Below, in pieces: positions 26,997-40,643 of a stretch of DNA of 64,000 nucleotides. Every line of letters begins with the position of its first letter. Positions within the stretch are counted from its first letter, which is position 1. The notes under the pieces were generated by a model. The model ran no database searches, was not told the origin of the DNA, and saw nothing but the letters and a program-made list of their open reading frames with translations. The stretch lies in the NCBI RefSeq assembly GCF_009914755.1, contig NC_060947.1. One strand, written 5' to 3'. This DNA comes from the human T2T-CHM13v2.0 reference genome, Homo sapiens. Both the position numbers and the translations under genes were made by a program.

Positions 26997-27439
26997 ATGA
27001 TGCTTAGTTCACTCTTGCTACATCCTTTTGACACTCTTGGCTTGAAGGCTGACTTTTCACTACCACTTGCAGATACTCAGAAAAGATCAGTGTGTGGGCC
27101 TTAGATTCTTGTGCCTATGATCTGCCTAAAGCTTTGGAGTAAAGAAAGGCAGCTTAAGAATAGAAATACTTACTTCCTGCTGGGTCTGTTTAACTACTAA
27201 GGCGACTCAGTTGACTGTGGTTACATCACGGGTTGGCAGCTTGGAAACAGGATACCTTTATCTTCAGATACTTGTGAGAATAATTTTATTCAAAATATTT
27301 CAAGTACAACCTAGTAAACTATTTTAGCTACATAAATAATTGCAAAAACTAAAATACAGTATCTTCCATTCTGTTGAATTTACGAGGTGCTACTCCCTTA
27401 AGATCATATGTGACAGTTGGCTGATTGACTTGACATCTG

Positions 27440-27650
27440 TTAATAGTTATGGTACCACTATCTTATATATGCACAGCAATTTATAACTTACATAAATTCT
27501 TTCATTCTCACTATAATCTACTGGGGGAAATATCTTCATTTTAAAGACAAAAAAAAAAAAAAAAAACCGAAACCCAGAGAGACTTTCCTCATTATCTCAA
27601 AACCTAATGAAGTCACAACAAGGACACCAAAGCTTGTCTTCTGACAACAT
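27440..27650 (-). mobile_element. MIR with internal A-run
   Basis: cattttaaagac...gaaacccagagag; tcattctcac. Confidence 0.55.
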
Positions 27651-27839
27651 AGAACACAAAACAGAATCACTATCTAAAACAAGAAGTGGGATGCTCCCAG
27701 AGTTTCTACGGATGAGCAGACAGGATTAACAAAAATAGCCTTATTTATCAGAGTTGTAAATTGTTATGAATATATACTCTTTGTCTTCACAATCAATACT
27801 GAGAATCCCTGAAGTGCTGTAAAGGGAACAAAAGGTAGA

Positions 27840-27990
27840 ATAAGGCACATTGACCTTGAGAACTGACTGTGCCTCTTTTCAGCTATATGACCATACGACA
27901 CTTAAAAGTTTACTTCATTTTCTAGGTTTCAGTTTTCTATGAAACCTGTAATAAAAGTGGATAATACCATTCTATAGATGAACAAACAAG
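27840..27990 (+). mobile_element. MIR fragment
   Basis: agctatatgacc...ttacttcattttctaggtttcagtttt...gataataccat. Confidence 0.55.
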
Positions 27991-28050
27991 TTATTTCCCC
28001 AACTTCATACAGCTAATAACTAGAAGATATAATACATAAAAGCAAGTCTT

Positions 28051-30060
<2,010 letters not shown>

Positions 30061-32459
30061 CAATGGAGGGCTTCTCAGAAGAGGTGACATACAGAGTTAT
30101 GAAGAATAAGTAGGAATTTGCCAGCCAAAGTAGGAAGGAAAGCCAGTTTTTCTGACAGAAGATCCAAGAATCTTGCATGAAAAACCTCTAGACAGTACTA
30201 TGCACACTCATGTCAATTAGCATTGTATGTTAAACAAATGTTTCTTGTCACAGTTGTGTATAGCAACCAGGGTATTCACACAAGCTCATGATTTTAAAAG
30301 AAATTGTTAACTTCGTGTAGCATACAGAGGATCAGTTGGCTGGCTCTAAGTGGTATGCCTCCTGTTTTTAAAATATTGTTTGGGGAATATAAATACCTGC
30401 TGGGTATCACATTTTAAAAGGCACACTACATTTTGAAAAATCACTAGTGAGATTGATTTCTGACATCAAAACAGACCATGACACTAATATTCAGAGAGTT
30501 TATACCAAGAGGTAACAGCTCTCACCTTCCTCACCAGGAAAGGCAATAGAGATTGCTATTCAAGACTGCTATTCAAGACTGCCAGAGTTATCTTATACAA
30601 AACAAGATGCAGTATGTAAAGGTGTATAGAAAAGTAAAATAACTCAATCATTTTCGTTTTTACATGAGTAAAACACTTTCCTATCAGATCCAAGACAAAT
30701 AAATCAACTAAAACACTTTTATTGAAAGGCTTATTTTAGCAGATACCTTCCTTCAGTGTAAGTTTATCCCATTTTCAGATAATGCGTATGTCCCAAAATA
30801 TTTGTAATATATCTGAGTTATAAAAGTGTTTTTGCTTTCTGTGTAACTGACTTAATTGAAAAGCAGCAATTTTTATATCCCATGGTAACAAAAAAAAACA
30901 AGGATTAGAGCAAAGCACCACTGTTGTGTTAAGTTCATTTTTCAACCTGATTTCTTGAAAATGAAATGAGTTTTTGGTAAACTTTTTCCATGTCTAAATC
31001 CTTTAGCAGCCAATATTTGACCTTAAAACATGCAAATCTGAACTGAATATTGAAAATCTGTCTAATCTTAGACCAACTGGAAAGCCAAAGCCACTCCCTT
31101 CTGTTTCTCTGCTTACACTGAAAAATAAATGAGTTTTTTAATACTAAAATAATCTTCCTAGCCTCTCTCCTATATAGTACCTGGGTGCACATGTAAATAG
31201 ACCAACAGCAGAATCCAACATTTACCAGTTTCTAGAACAATGATCTGTTTCAATTCTAAAATTAGAAAAACAAATCTTGGGCCTATACAATGCTTATTAA
31301 TTTTTTTTAATCATCTAAGTCAGGGGGAAAACAGTGATGTTTGCTATAAAATTGTACCAACCGAACTTAAGAGGTATGCCTTGGACTGTCAAGAGCACAT
31401 ACCCAGCAGTTTGAGCAAGCTATGGAAAAGCCACATGGTATGTGGATGCAGTTGTTTTGAATGAGCTATTTTTTGTTTTGGTCTTCTGCTTTAATGTATC
31501 TATTTTGATGCCTAGGACAAACCATTAAACTTGCAGCTTAAAGAATTACTGAAGTGTGTAAAACATCTTCACATCATCACCTTGCTTCTCCTTCTGGCCT
31601 ACTTCCATCCCAGAGTGTGAATGGAGGATGAGGAATGAATGCAGAATGGCTTCAGTCTCAGATAGGGTGAGGTAATGTGAGTAGAAATGGAATGGAGATT
31701 AGACATCTAGTAGATAACCTGCATAAAACTAGAAGTCATACAATTACCATGTTCACTCACTGAATACAGTGACATTCATCATTTTAGCAGTTACTCAGTA
31801 TACAATTGTTTCTTGAATGGTCTGCATCTCATATTCTCAAATTTCATCATTGAAGTTAGTCACATGAAGTTACTTTCTAGATATAGATATGGATACAGAT
31901 GTATGTATAGAGACAGTCAAAAAATACAATCTGGTTGTCTTACTAATTGAATGATTTGAAAATCTTCCTGAATATGGAAACTTTATTACAGATCATATGT
32001 AAGACATTGGTCTGGGGTGAAGACAGAAGCAATGAGGAAAACTATTTGAACTACAACATGATCTCTTATTCTCTGCTTTTAATGGCACAGGAAACCTAAA
32101 GATGAAATGTCTAACATTTTTCTTGGTATGTAAATCTCAGCCACAACTCTGGTTTAAGAGAAATATCGCTTTTCTGTAATTCAAGCTGATTTCTACTTTG
32201 AAACTTCCTTCTTCCCAGCTGATAGAAATTGAATCTCAGTTAACTCATAGATCTGCCATTCACCTCTGTAATTTCGTAGTTCTGTAGGGACTTCCACTTC
32301 CCTCTGCCATAATGGAAGTTCCTGCTAGCTTTATAAGCATCTCTCCCATTCTGTTTGCACCAGGAATCTTTGGTTCCTCTGAGACTGCTGGAAACCATAA
32401 CTAGTGAGCCTCCTCTGTCGATGAGGTCCACTGTGTGAAATCACTCATATGAGGCAACT

Positions 32460-32900
32460 GATTACTTCGTTCAAGAAATATTTATTAAGGGATCACTACA
32501 TCCCAAGCAGTTCATTCCAGCAGCGAACAAGACAGAAACATTTCTTTGATCTCATGGGAGCAGCCAGATACTATGCACCCAACTACGTAAAACACCTTGT
32601 GTTTCAGTTGCAGATGGGTGTTATGGAAAAAAAAATCAAACGGGAGAGAATGGGAAAGGAGGTTGTAATTTTGTAATTTTGGATTGGCTGGAAGGCTTCA
32701 CTATGAAAGTGGCATTTCAAGAAAAACCAGAAGGAAAGGAGGGAGTGTTCCATGTGAATATCTGTTGGGAGTGCATTCCAGGCCCAGTGAACAGTAAATG
32801 CAAGGCCCTTAAGGGAGGAACAGCAAAGAGGCCACTGCAGTTGGAGCTGAGTATCCAAGAATGGCAGATTAGGTCACCAGAGGGCCAGATGGAGGAGGCA
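32460..32900 (-). mobile_element. L2 3' fragment
   Basis: ttcaagaaatatttatt...; gcattccaggc...gaacagtaaatgcaaggccct. Confidence 0.8.
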
Positions 32901-32904
32901 ATCA

Positions 32905-33182
32905 GCATAGAATGGTCTTACAGAAACATAATGCAAGCTACTATGAAAATTATACACTTACACTTTAAAAAGGAAAAAAAGTAGAAATTTAAATAACTTT
33001 ATCAAATATATTAAAAACATTGCCATATATAAGCAATATAAAATTAAGAAGCTATTTAACTTTTTTAATGCTAAGGCTTCAATATCTAGTGGTATTTTAT
33101 ACTTACGGCACTTCTCAATTTGGACTAACCACATTTCAAACGCTCAGTAGTCACTTGTGGCTACCTCATTGGACAGTGCAGG
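32905..33182 (-). mobile_element. MER33 (hAT-Charlie)
   Basis: tattttatacttacggcacttctcaatttggactaaccacatttcaa...gtggctac...ttggacagtgcag. Confidence 0.85.
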
Positions 33183-33599
33183 TCTAGCTACTCAAATGAG
33201 GGGAAGAGCAAGGAGGGAAAATACCAGGGGAAAAGAAGTTGATTATGTATCATTGACATCCTGTCATACATTCTATTTCCTATAACATTTCTTTCTGATC
33301 AGGAGGCAGTATTTAAAAATCTTTTATAATTATAAGTCATATGCATCTCAAAATTTCATATATAGAAATGAAGAATGTAAAGTAGACTCACTAGAAGTTC
33401 AGTTCCACAGCAACAGGGATTTTTTTTTTTTTCTGTTTTCCTACCTCCTATATTGCCAGAGCCTAGGATAATACCTTGCATATAGTTTGGTACTTAAAAA
33501 GTATGTTGAATGAGCTAAGCAGGTAGAATTAGTTTCTAACTCCATATCCCTGCAGTCAAACCTGCAAACCTACCTACATTTAGATGTTTTTCATTTGTT

Positions 33600-34890
33600 T
33601 ATCTGTAATTACAGTGGAGGACCTGTTCCTACTCTTCCCTAAGGCAATCTTCCACTGGAGTTTGATACTCCTCATGGCCTTCATGGCCTTCAAGGCCTTC
33701 ACTTCTTCCCTAATTGCATCTCTTTTTGGCATTAGCATCCCTCAGGTTAAGGAAAAATACTGATGATTACACGTTCCTCTCCTATGTTATGCCTTATTTC
33801 TCATCTCCCTTTTATAGCTAAACTCACCAAAATATTTGTCTATACTGTCTCCAGTTCTTCTCCCATTCTACTGAATCCACTCCAATCTGTCTTTTGTGCA
33901 ACAAATGACATCCAGGCTACTAATGATCACTGATGACATCCATAGGGATTAACCCAGTGGATACTTTGCTGCACTAGTCTCATGCCTCCTCTCATATACT
34001 TGAGACAATGAAGCACTCTTGATTTTCCTTTTATCTCAGTCACCACTCTACTGTCACCTTCACTGGCTCTCTTCCTGCAGAGATTTCTAGAGGTTGGGAT
34101 ATCTCCTCAAACCCACCCCATACTCCTTCTCTGCTCTTTATCTCACAACTAAGTTCAATACATTAGTCAGTCCTGTCATTTTTGTTTCCAAAATGTATGT
34201 TATTTGCCTCTCTTCTTCTTTATTACCATTCCTCTAGCCCAAATCACCATCATCCTCACCTAAATTACTTCCTACTATGTCTCTCTGACCCCATCATGGC
34301 CCCTAGACTCATTAAATTTAGCATCCAGAGTGATTATTTTTAAATCAAAGTCAGATCAGTCACTATTCTGTTCCATGGTGCCAATGGCTCCCCATTGTAA
34401 GAGTAAAATCCATGACCCCCTTCTATCTGTCCAGTCACATCTCCTACCACTCTTTCCCTTGTCCACTGTACTCCAATTACATTTAGCATTCTTGCTATTC
34501 CTCAAAAATTCTAATATCTTTCTTGCCTCAAAGTCTTTATTCCTTATGCTTGGAGGAATATTCTACTTTTCTTAGTCTGGCTGACTCCTGTCCTGGAACT
34601 CTCAGGATAAATGTTGCCTCTGCAGAGAGGCTTTCCATAATGACTCTGTATAACTCGTACCACCCCTCCAATCTTCCTTCTGGAACTAAGCTGCTTGTTA
34701 ACTCCGTAGCACTTTTGACAATTCATAGTCATTTTACTCATTTTTTCTGTCATCTCCACTAAACCATAAGCACTTTCAGGTCAGCATCTCTCGATCCTCA
34801 TTGCCATATCCTACAGGTATAGCTCAGTATCTGGCTCATTCCATTATAGGTGTTCAATAAATGTTGACGACATGAATGAATGAGTGAATT
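33600..34890 (+). mobile_element. L2 3' region
   Basis: aatccactccaatctg...aatgacatcca; aaagtcagatcagtcact; terminal ataggtgttcaataaatgttg...gaatgaatgagtgaa. Confidence 0.82.
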
Positions 34891-35429
34891 TAGAGGCACA
34901 TGGCACCCTGAAGAGATGCTGAGGGAAAAGGGGCAGAGGAAGTGGTGCTGCATTCCTAGTTCAAATCATTGATCTTCACCCCTGAGACTAGCCCCCATAC
35001 TCAGACTGACTGAGAAAATGCTGGACCCACTGGATAGAGACAAAACTTAGCAGCGTGTCTAGTAACTGTACTCAAACCAAGAATTCACTTGCCAACCGTT
35101 CAGCCACAGCTTGAAGGTATTAATATTACTAGTGCATTGGTGCCTCAAATCCCCAGCAGCCAGATTTTTTTCAGGCACACCTGAAGACAGTCTGTGCTCC
35201 AGGAAATTTGCAAGCAATTAGAATCAGCAAACCACTGAAGATAATGAGGTGAGAGAGATTGGGGCATGCTCAAAGCTGGAGGTGGAGGTAAAAAAGCACA
35301 CTCCTATTGCAATTAAACTTCAAGAGAAAATGCCCTTTTTGAATAAGAAAGCAAAACGTAAAATATCTAGGTTTGCCCAGTAGTCTTAATCTATGCTGCG
35401 TCTACTCCCTGAAGGCATATGCTTCATCT

Positions 35430-35560
35430 AAGTAGTGGTATTCTCTGACCCTAATATTTGTAAATGGAGTTATAACGATAGCTACCAAAGTTGAGGATTG
35501 AGATAATTCACATAGAACAATCAGCACAATGTTGGTGCATAGCAAGTGCTCGAGATTTAT
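35430..35560 (+). mobile_element. MIR 3' fragment
   Basis: atttgtaaatggagttataac...gaggattgagataa...gcatagcaagtgctc. Confidence 0.7.
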
Positions 35561-35625
35561 AATTTTGAATATTAGTTCCGGCAATAGATATATCAAATGG
35601 AACCTTTCTTACAGGATGAGGATGC

Positions 35626-35790
35626 AACCAGATGAGTGTAAATAACCTGAGGTCTATAATTTATTAAGTGCTCAACAAATAGTAGTAATTGTTATCTTAT
35701 TTATGTATGCTTATTTTCTCTCAGATATGTAAAATAGGTAGCGGCAGGTGTTGCCATTTTAGAGACGTGGAAACAGGTTCAAATAGTGAG
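35626..35790 (+). repeat. Local duplication, copy 1 (composite of two tail-to-tail MIR pieces)
   Basis: Aligns collinearly with 37772-37942 (aaccagatga.tgtaaataacct...taagtgctcaacaaat...agatatgt.aaataggtag...gtggaaacaggttcaaat.gtgag). Confidence 0.9.
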
Positions 35791-35840
35791 CTAAACTGCC
35801 GAAGATCACACAGCAGTAGATGATCTTAGGACTCGGGTAT

Positions 35841-36142
35841 GGCTGGGCACGGTGGCTCATGCCTGTAATCCCAGCGCTTTGGGAGGCTGAGGCGGGTGGA
35901 TCATGAGGTCAGGAGTTCAAGACCAGCCTGGCAAAGATGGTGAAACCCCATTTCTACTAAAAACTACAAAAATTAGCTGGGCGCAGTGGCAGGCACCTGT
36001 AATCCCAGCTACTCGGCAGGCTGAGGTGGGAGAATCGCTTGAACCTGCGTGGCGGAGGTTTGCAGTGAGCCGAGATCGCACCACTGCACTCTAGCCTGGG
36101 TGACAGAGCAAGACTCTGCCTCAAAAAAAAAAAAAAAAAAAA
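35841..36142 (+). mobile_element. AluSg-like
   Basis: ggatcatgaggtcaggagttcaagaccagcctgg; poly-A; TSD core gactcgggt at 35830-35838 and 36143-36151. Confidence 0.94.
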
Positions 36143-36169
36143 GACTCGGGTCAATGCAATTATGATTAC

Positions 36170-36322
36170 TGTGTTCCTGTTTTTGTAAGTTTTTATTGGA
36201 GCAGTGACATTTCCATATTGCCTATGGCTGCTTTCACACTACAACAGACAGATCCCATATAGCTCAGAAAGTCGAAAATATTTTCTCTCTGGCCCTTTAC
36301 AGAGAAAGTGTTGACCCCACTC
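36170..36322 (+). mobile_element. MER58A fragment
   Basis: cctgtttttgtaagtttttattgga...tatggctgctttcacactacaac...tctggccctttacagagaaagt. Confidence 0.85.
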
Positions 36323-36479
36323 TAACTCAAAGGTATTTTAATGACACTGAACTAATTTTCTATCTATAATCATTTTGTAAGTTACCAATAAAAATGAAGC
36401 ACTGGAAACAGATTGTCATCTAACTTTAGTCCTTTTCAAAAAGCTGAACAGAACTGTGATAGCATCTCTTATGGACAGT

Positions 36480-37060
36480 GGTCATTGAAGCCGAGTGGGG
36501 AGGGCAGCAACAAAACAGCAGCAGATCCCTAGAAGAAAATCTACTACCATGCACTTCTTAAGGCTTCTACTACCAGGTGACTGCAAGAGCCCTTTGACCC
36601 CGGGCATCAGTGCCACCTACCATCAACATTCCCAGTTCTGACTAAAAACCACATCACACCTCCCCTTTTCCCATTACTTCACTTTAGTAGCAATAGTAAT
36701 AGTCATCCCAATTTGCTTCATCTCTGGCATCTGAGCTGCCAAATGTGCGACTGTACCCTCAGCTGACACCACTAAATCAACTGACTAACGGTAAGCATGA
36801 AACAAATGGCACCGTCAGTTGCCCTAATGACTAGCTGCTCAATTCTAGGTGTGCCGAGATATTTTTGATTATGATACAGGGCTCTGTCCCATCTGGAGAT
36901 CGAGACGTCACAATTCCACTAAACAACACTTTGAACCCCAAAAGACCACACTCTTCCCCTCAAAGAAGAGTTTTTGTTAATTAGCGTACACTAGAGTTGG
37001 CCCTTCCTTTTACACAGATGGTATGAATAAAGTGTGTTATCAATCAAATCTTTTTGCCTG
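36480..37060. promoter_or_regulatory. Candidate enhancer/promoter-like unique sequence
   Basis: Repeat-free, with clustered RUNX (accaca x2), MYB (caactg, taacgg, cagttg), E-box (cagctg, catctg x2, cagatg), TCF/LEF (ctttga x2) and CRE-like (gacgtca) motifs, and elevated CpG; motif evidence only. Confidence 0.35.
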
Positions 37061-37771
37061 GCATCTTCATCAGGGTCCCTAGACAACATCTTATTATGAG
37101 TGATCTGCTATAAAAGTTACTGAACACTTAAACGAATGTTATTATGATAAACTCACTGACTCTGAACATACAGCTTTGAGTGTTTGATGTTGTAAAACGA
37201 ATCAATGTTTTCTTCCCTGGTGATAAAGTTGAGTAGCATATCTTATCACTGTTACGAAACTTTTAGTTTAATACTTGTGATTGTAACGTGCTTAGGACTA
37301 TCTTCATCACTCTAAGGTTTATGTAGGGATTGTACAAGGAATGTATGGGAGGGGGTCTTTATTCCTATATGTCACTATAAAATAAAGTTAATTAGCAGTG
37401 GGGTGGTCATTGATACTTAAACGTAGTATACATTGGAATGTTTTACACTGGCTTACACTTTATGTAAGGAATACACTCGGTGGGGGAGATTCAGACCGAA
37501 ATCTGTAGAAAAGCTATTTCTGAAAGCATAAGAAACAAATTTCAATGAAAGAAAGATATCAGATCCTCAAAAAAAAAATCTTTAAAGAATGCAATACTCT
37601 AAGGTATTTTAATTCTTAAATATCATTTGTAACCCACACATGGCTATATTGAGGAAACAACCGAAGTATATTTTATGCTAATCATCCTAGCAACACTCAA
37701 GCCTTTATCACATCTATGTTATCTTCCTTGAAGGCTATATTCTGGTTCCGTTTCTACGAAAATGGCATCAG

Positions 37772-37942
37772 AACCAGATGAATGTAAATAACCTAATGTT
37801 TATAACTTAATAAGTGCTCAACAAATGGTAACGATTACTATTGTTTTAGTCATGTGTTGTCTTATTTTTTTAGTAGATATGTGAAATAGGTAGAGGCAAG
37901 TAATGCCATATTAGAGATGTGGAAACAGGTTCAAATGGTGAG
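37772..37942 (+). repeat. Local duplication, copy 2
   Basis: Collinear match to 35626-35790, including the junction between the two MIR pieces. Confidence 0.9.
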
Positions 37943-38363
37943 TAACAAAGGGCTCGACCATAGTCTCTCCAATTGCCAGTTCACGTTGAACACCCTTCTC
38001 CTTTTTCTTACATGTAAAGAGACAATGATTAAAGAAGCAGCATTAATATGGTTTTCTCAGAAAGGATGTATGCTAACATATCACATGGAGAGTTAGCGTT
38101 TTAGTCACAAAGCTTCCTGGAAAAAAGTCCACAATTTATATAAAGAAATCTGGTCTATAGTGAATTACGTAAGAATGTTACACGCATTGGTCATTCTTTC
38201 TAGCATCCCAGAATATAAACCCTCTTCCAATGTATAGGAAAATCCTACCTCATGAGTCTTGTGGGGAAGCAGGGGTTACCGCTCTTCTAGGGAAGTTGAA
38301 AACACCAGACACTTGCTTTCCCAGCCTCCCCTGCTGCTAGACTGTGGGCATATGTCCTACATA

Positions 38364-38537
38364 AGTACTTTTCTAAATTCTCTAATGATAAGAATCACCT
38401 GAGGCGCTTGTTAATGGCTACACAGGTCCATCTCATGGAGACTGATTTAGTGGCTATAAAATTGGGCTGGGAAATGTTTGCCTTGATAAGCACCCAGGTG
38501 ATTCTCATGATCAAAGAAGCCTGCAACCAAACACTGG
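38364..38537. mobile_element. MER5A1-like (hAT-Charlie)
   Basis: tgataagaatcacctgaggcgcttgttaa...cccaggtgattctcatgatca...aaacactg. Confidence 0.78.
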
Positions 38538-38549
38538 CCTAGAGTGGAA

Positions 38550-38688
38550 CCAAGGTTCTTTACCTTGCGTGTACATTAGAGTCACCTGTGGTGCTTTTAA
38601 AACCCAGGATTCCTAGAACCCCGCCCCCCCCCCAGTTTAGACCAATTAAATCAGAATAGTCTCTGGGGTGGATCTCGTGCGTGCTTGC

Positions 38689-38730
<42 letters not shown>

Positions 38731-38775
38731 CTTCACAAGTGATTCCATTGCATAGTGAAGCTCTAAAACCCCTAG
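38550..38775. mobile_element. MER5A/B-like (hAT-Charlie) containing a (TG)n
   Basis: cattagagtcacctg...gcttttaaaa...ccaattaaatcagaat...aagtgattcca. Confidence 0.78.
38690..38728 (+). repeat. (TG)n microsatellite
   Basis: Seen directly in the sequence. Confidence 0.97.
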
Positions 38776-39169
38776 TTTAAGCCAAGACTTTACCAAACAG
38801 GTGCTGGGACTTTGATGTAGGAGTGATTCAAGGAGAGGACTACTGTGAGTAGCAGTCAGTGGTAATTGTAGCATGATCCAGTTCCTGGGATAGCAGAGAC
38901 AGCAGTGCTAGTGAGAGCATCTGTCATCCAGTGATCCATTATCAGTGATCCAAACTATAGCATTCAATAAAGCAGTGTCCCTACTTAGTCCACTCTTTGA
39001 TCTGATTTGGAGCAATGCTTAAGGTTACATAGTCCTGGGACTGATTCTTCCAGTATTCCTAGCGATCCTGTAAGCTAGCGAACGCTCTTATATTAAAAAC
39101 TTTCTCTACATAAATCATCCAGAAGTTGTTTCTATTGTTTGCAAGTAATAATGCCAAGTGTTACTAATA

Positions 39170-39320
39170 CAGAGTAGTTGGGGAAAACTCTGACTTTGCA
39201 GGAAGGGACCTAAATTTGAGTCCTATGTGACCTCTCTGAGTCTCTATGTCTTTATCTGTAAAATGGGACTACCACACAGTTTTATAAAGCTGTCATGATG
39301 AATAAATTAAATGGTAACTC
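39170..39320 (+). mobile_element. MIR fragment
   Basis: acctctctgagtctc...atctgtaaaatggga. Confidence 0.75.
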
Positions 39321-40020
39321 AAAGTGATGTTGACAGGCTCTGGAATCTCTGAGAAGAGCTTAGGGGTAGTAATGTGGAAAGTGGGTAAGGGACATGTCTG
39401 AAGGCTCTATTTGTCTAGTAAAAAACAATAGGCTGACTTTGATAATATATTTACATATGTGGTGATTTTGAGGGGTGGCTTATAAAGATTGATGTCCAAA
39501 GCCACTCCTGGGAACCGCCACTAGAAAAGGCTTGGCACAAGCCATTAAATGTTATTTTCTTCTTTCATTCCTTGATATTTAACATGCAAAGCTAGTCAAA
39601 CAGATGAAGCCTAGTAAAGTAAAATTTCAGAGTCTGTAGAAAACTATTGTTCATTAGTTATCTAGTCTACTAAATAAGTCATTTTGATTTATAAAAATTC
39701 CAGTATATTTAAAGAACATCATTTACACACACGACATATTTTTTTTCTAATATGCTTAACTATAATCCCAGTTCCTATTTATGGCCCTTCGTTATGTGAT
39801 TAAGAATCCAATATGTTGTCAATGTCTTCCAATCAGATGGCTATATTTTGAGTTATCCAATGTTAACTCAGTCTTTAAGGTCCTACCATTATTTGGCTGT
39901 TGCTATGGCAAAATGGAAATTAAAATTTGAGAATTCCAAATCTGATTATCTTCCAGACAGGTAGAATGCAGACAAAATGTATTCCCATTATGATGACAAT
40001 TTTTATATAACTTGGCTCTT

Positions 40021-40334
40021 GGCCAGGCGTGGTGGCTCACGCCTGTAATCCCAGCACTTTGGGAAGCCAGGGCAGGCGGATCACCAGGTCAGGAGATCGA
40101 GACCATCCTGGCTAACATGGTGAAACCCTGTCTCTACTGAAAATACAAAAAAAAATAAAATAAAATTAGCCAGTTGTGGTGGTGGACGCCTGTAGTCCCA
40201 GCTACTCAGGAGGCTGAGGCAGGAGAATGGCGTGAACCCGGGAGGCGGAGCTTGCAGTAAGCCTAGATCGCGCCACTGCACTCCCTCCTGGGTGAAAGAG
40301 TGAGACTCCGTCTCAAAAAAAAAAAAAAAAAAAA
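40021..40334 (+). mobile_element. AluY
   Basis: gagaatggcgtgaacccgggaggcggagcttgcag; poly-A; TSD core cttggctct on both sides. Confidence 0.97.
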
Positions 40335-40339
40335 GCTTG

Positions 40340-40610
40340 GCTCTCTATTTCCCCCTTTTCCCACTCTTGCCATATAATTCCCAGACCCATCCTGTCCTCA
40401 CATGAAGATAAGCCACTTTGTTCACCTAGGATTCAATCATTTATATTTTTCCAATTCATAATTTCTGTACAGACATATACCTATGTATACATCTCATATA
40501 CAGGCATTTTTTTCTTTGATGATTGTTTTATAAAGATAATATCATATCAAAAATACTCATCTTCATCTTGCAATTATCATTTAATAGTGTTACCTGGAAA
40601 TCTCTCCAAA
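40340..40610 (-). mobile_element. Old L1ME/L1MC 3' fragment
   Basis: gttttttataaa...atcatat...cttgcaattatcatttaata pattern typical of antisense L1ME 3'UTR; diverged. Confidence 0.5.
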
Positions 40611-40643
40611 ATTTTTCCTTTTTTCACTAATTTAAATTTGCAT

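Larger units (their letters stand above)
38190..39170 (+). mobile_element. LTR41/LTR33-group ERVL LTR with nested MER5 elements
   Basis: acttgctttcccagcctcccctgctgctag...catatgtccta; 3' end gttgtttctattgtttgcaa...actaataca. Confidence 0.65.

Noticed and set aside
30553-30581. 14-bp tandem duplication tgctattcaagac (similar micro-duplications near 20673 and 33671)
   Set aside because: Ordinary slippage-scale events.
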